48,547 nucleotides of DNA, from NCBI GenBank assembly GCA_046759165.1, contig JBHIBS010000012.1:1-48547 (forward strand), given 5' to 3'. The notes beneath the pieces were generated by a model that worked only from the letters and a program-made list of their open reading frames with translations, did not search any database and was not told the DNA's origin. Shown here piece by piece: positions 47,112 through 48,547 of the stretch. How positions within the stretch are numbered: position 1 is the first letter of the stretch; the number at the start of each line of letters is the position of its first letter. The DNA comes from a bacterium (GTDB lineage: Bacteria > UBA6262 > WVXT01). The position numbers and the translations under genes were made by a program.

Positions 47112-48176
47112 ATGAAGATATCAAGAGTTGGCGAGTTCGAATTGATAGAACGAATAAAGAGGAAAGTGGAAAAACACTACCCCACTTCCCAGATTAAGAG
47201 GATTGTTGCTGGCATTGGGGATGATGCGGCAGTGATTGAGCCTTATGGTGAGAAGCTTTTGGTGGTTACCACTGATACAATGGTGGAGAGCGTCCATTTC
47301 AATACTGAGGATGCGGATTTTGATCAGATAGGTTATAAAGCTATGGTCTCCTGCATTAGCGACATCGTTGCTATGGGTGGAAAGCCAAAGTATGCTCTGA
47401 TTTCTTTAGCAGTCTCTAAAGACAATTTGACCAAAGATGTAGATGGTTTGTACGAAGGTGTGCTGAGGTCTGGAAGGAAATTTGGAGTTAGGATAGTTGG
47501 TGGTGATATAGTTTCTTCTCCCCAGAATGCTGTAATCACTCTTACTTTGCTTGGAGAAGTGGCAAGAGGCAGGGTTATCTATCGCTCTGGAGCTAAATTA
47601 GGAGACGGGATACTGGTTACCGGGAATTTTGGAGATTCAGCTGCCGGGTTAGAAATACTTAGAGGGAGATGGAAAATTCCAGCGAAATCCGACTATGTTC
47701 GGAAGTTTAAGAAGAAGCTTATAAAGAAACATCTGCTTCCACAGCCGAGAGTGGTGGAGGCAGAAGTTATCTCTCGAAAGAGACTGGCAACAGCTATGAT
47801 TGATAGCAGTGATGGATTGGACCTATCGATAAGGTTCATCTGTCAGGCCAGCAAGGTTGGCGCTAAAATCTGGCTGGAAAAGATTCCCATTTCTCCTTCT
47901 TTAAGGTATCTCACTTCTCAGAAAGAGATGGTATCTTCTTCAGAACTTGAAGGGACTATCAGGAGATTAATCTTTGCTCTCTATGGTGGGGAGGACTATG
48001 AATTGGTGTTTACGGTTCCCGGCCGGAAGGTTGAGAGGGTATTGAGAGATATTCCCCATACTACAATGATTGGCGAAATTGTGCCGGCAAGATGGAGAGT
48101 AAGGTATCTGGATAAGGAAAGTAGAGAGGTTAGATTGAAAGGTCGGGGATACGAACATTTCAAAATCTCCCCATAA
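47112..48176 (+). CDS. thiL: Thiamine-monophosphate kinase
   Basis: GEFELI, GIGDDAA, SDIVAMGG, IDSSDGL, GGEDYEL. Confidence 0.96.
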   Translation: MKISRVGEFELIERIKRKVEKHYPTSQIKRIVAGIGDDAAVIEPYGEKLLVVTTDTMVESVHFNTEDADFDQIGYKAMVSCISDIVAMGGKPKYALISLAVSKDNLTKDVDGLYEGVLRSGRKFGVRIVGGDIVSSPQNAVITLTLLGEVARGRVIYRSGAKLGDGILVTGNFGDSAAGLEILRGRWKIPAKSDYVRKFKKKLIKKHLLPQPRVVEAEVISRKRLATAMIDSSDGLDLSIRFICQASKVGAKIWLEKIPISPSLRYLTSQKEMVSSSELEGTIRRLIFALYGGEDYELVFTVPGRKVERVLRDIPHTTMIGEIVPARWRVRYLDKESREVRLKGRGYEHFKISP

Positions 48177-48262
48177 TATAAAATGGTAGTCGCACCGATT
48201 CATCGGAGTGTCTTTGCACGTTGGCCTTAGAAATTTTGGAGGGGCTTTAAAAGGAATTTATT

Positions 48263-48547
48263 ATGCCTGATACATTTGCTATAACTATAGTTTCTATTAT
48301 CATATTTACAGTGGTTGCTGCTTTTATTAGAGGAAGAATTAGGGATAAATGCCTGAGGGATTTTTCAGAGGACTTGGTAACCCTGGAAGAAACAACTGGC
48401 AAAATAATTTGGGGTGAACTGAGTGTGCAAAATACGGGTTTAGAATTAATTTATCCAACCAAGCACAAAGATAAAAGTGGACACGATGAGATGAGCTACA
48501 TTCTCTATAAACACGAGTATCCTAATATTCAAGCCTTAATTCGCTAC
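48263..48547 (+). CDS. Hypothetical membrane-anchored protein, truncated by window edge
   Basis: Open from ATG 48263: MPDTFAITIVSIIIFTVVAAFIRGRIRDKCLRDF... Confidence 0.7.
   Translation, partial: MPDTFAITIVSIIIFTVVAAFIRGRIRDKCLRDFSEDLVTLEETTGKIIWGELSVQNTGLELIYPTKHKDKSGHDEMSYILYKHEYPNIQALIRY

Noticed and set aside
1057-48203. Numerous antisense and alternative-frame ORFs in the ORF track
   Set aside because: They overlap well-supported housekeeping genes and lack motifs; shadow ORFs
48186-48210. GTAG-type REP-like hairpin after thiL
   Set aside because: Single short imperfect copy in the window; too weak to call
1-48547. CRISPR array, rRNA, transposase or integrase genes
   Set aside because: No regularly spaced repeat-spacer array and no such genes recognised; the repeats seen are dispersed

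Overview
Bacterial chromosomal window, almost entirely + strand. 1-16 kb holds the 3' end of tuf and the S10-spc-alpha ribosomal protein superoperon (no rpmD/L30), which is unusually rich in intergenic palindromic elements. 16-25.4 kb holds mreBCD-mrdA-rodA (mreD frameshifted at a T9 run), a TIGR03960/TIGR03936-like radical SAM pair and RNase E/G. A solo radical SAM/SPASM gene on the - strand precedes rplU-rpmA-obg-proB. 30-36 kb is a MarR-led cluster: phasin-like protein, a paralogous radical SAM/SPASM enzyme, an MGDG-synthase-like glycosyltransferase, an extended SDR and a serine palmitoyltransferase-like enzyme. After it come cdaA, a 31-aa mini-cdaR, glmM, an apparent integrative-element remnant, an HTH gene, REC-HD-GYP, pdxJ, glmS, a structured leader/ncRNA, acpS, nnr, thiL and a truncated CDS. 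Two best candidates for new biology: (1) a putative MarR regulon for radical-SAM-modified (glyco)sphingolipids, whose two radical SAM loci share a 21-bp operator-like palindrome; (2) a dispersed family of ~150-260 nt multi-helix elements with compensatory base changes. All calls come from reading the sequence; no searches or folding programs were run.
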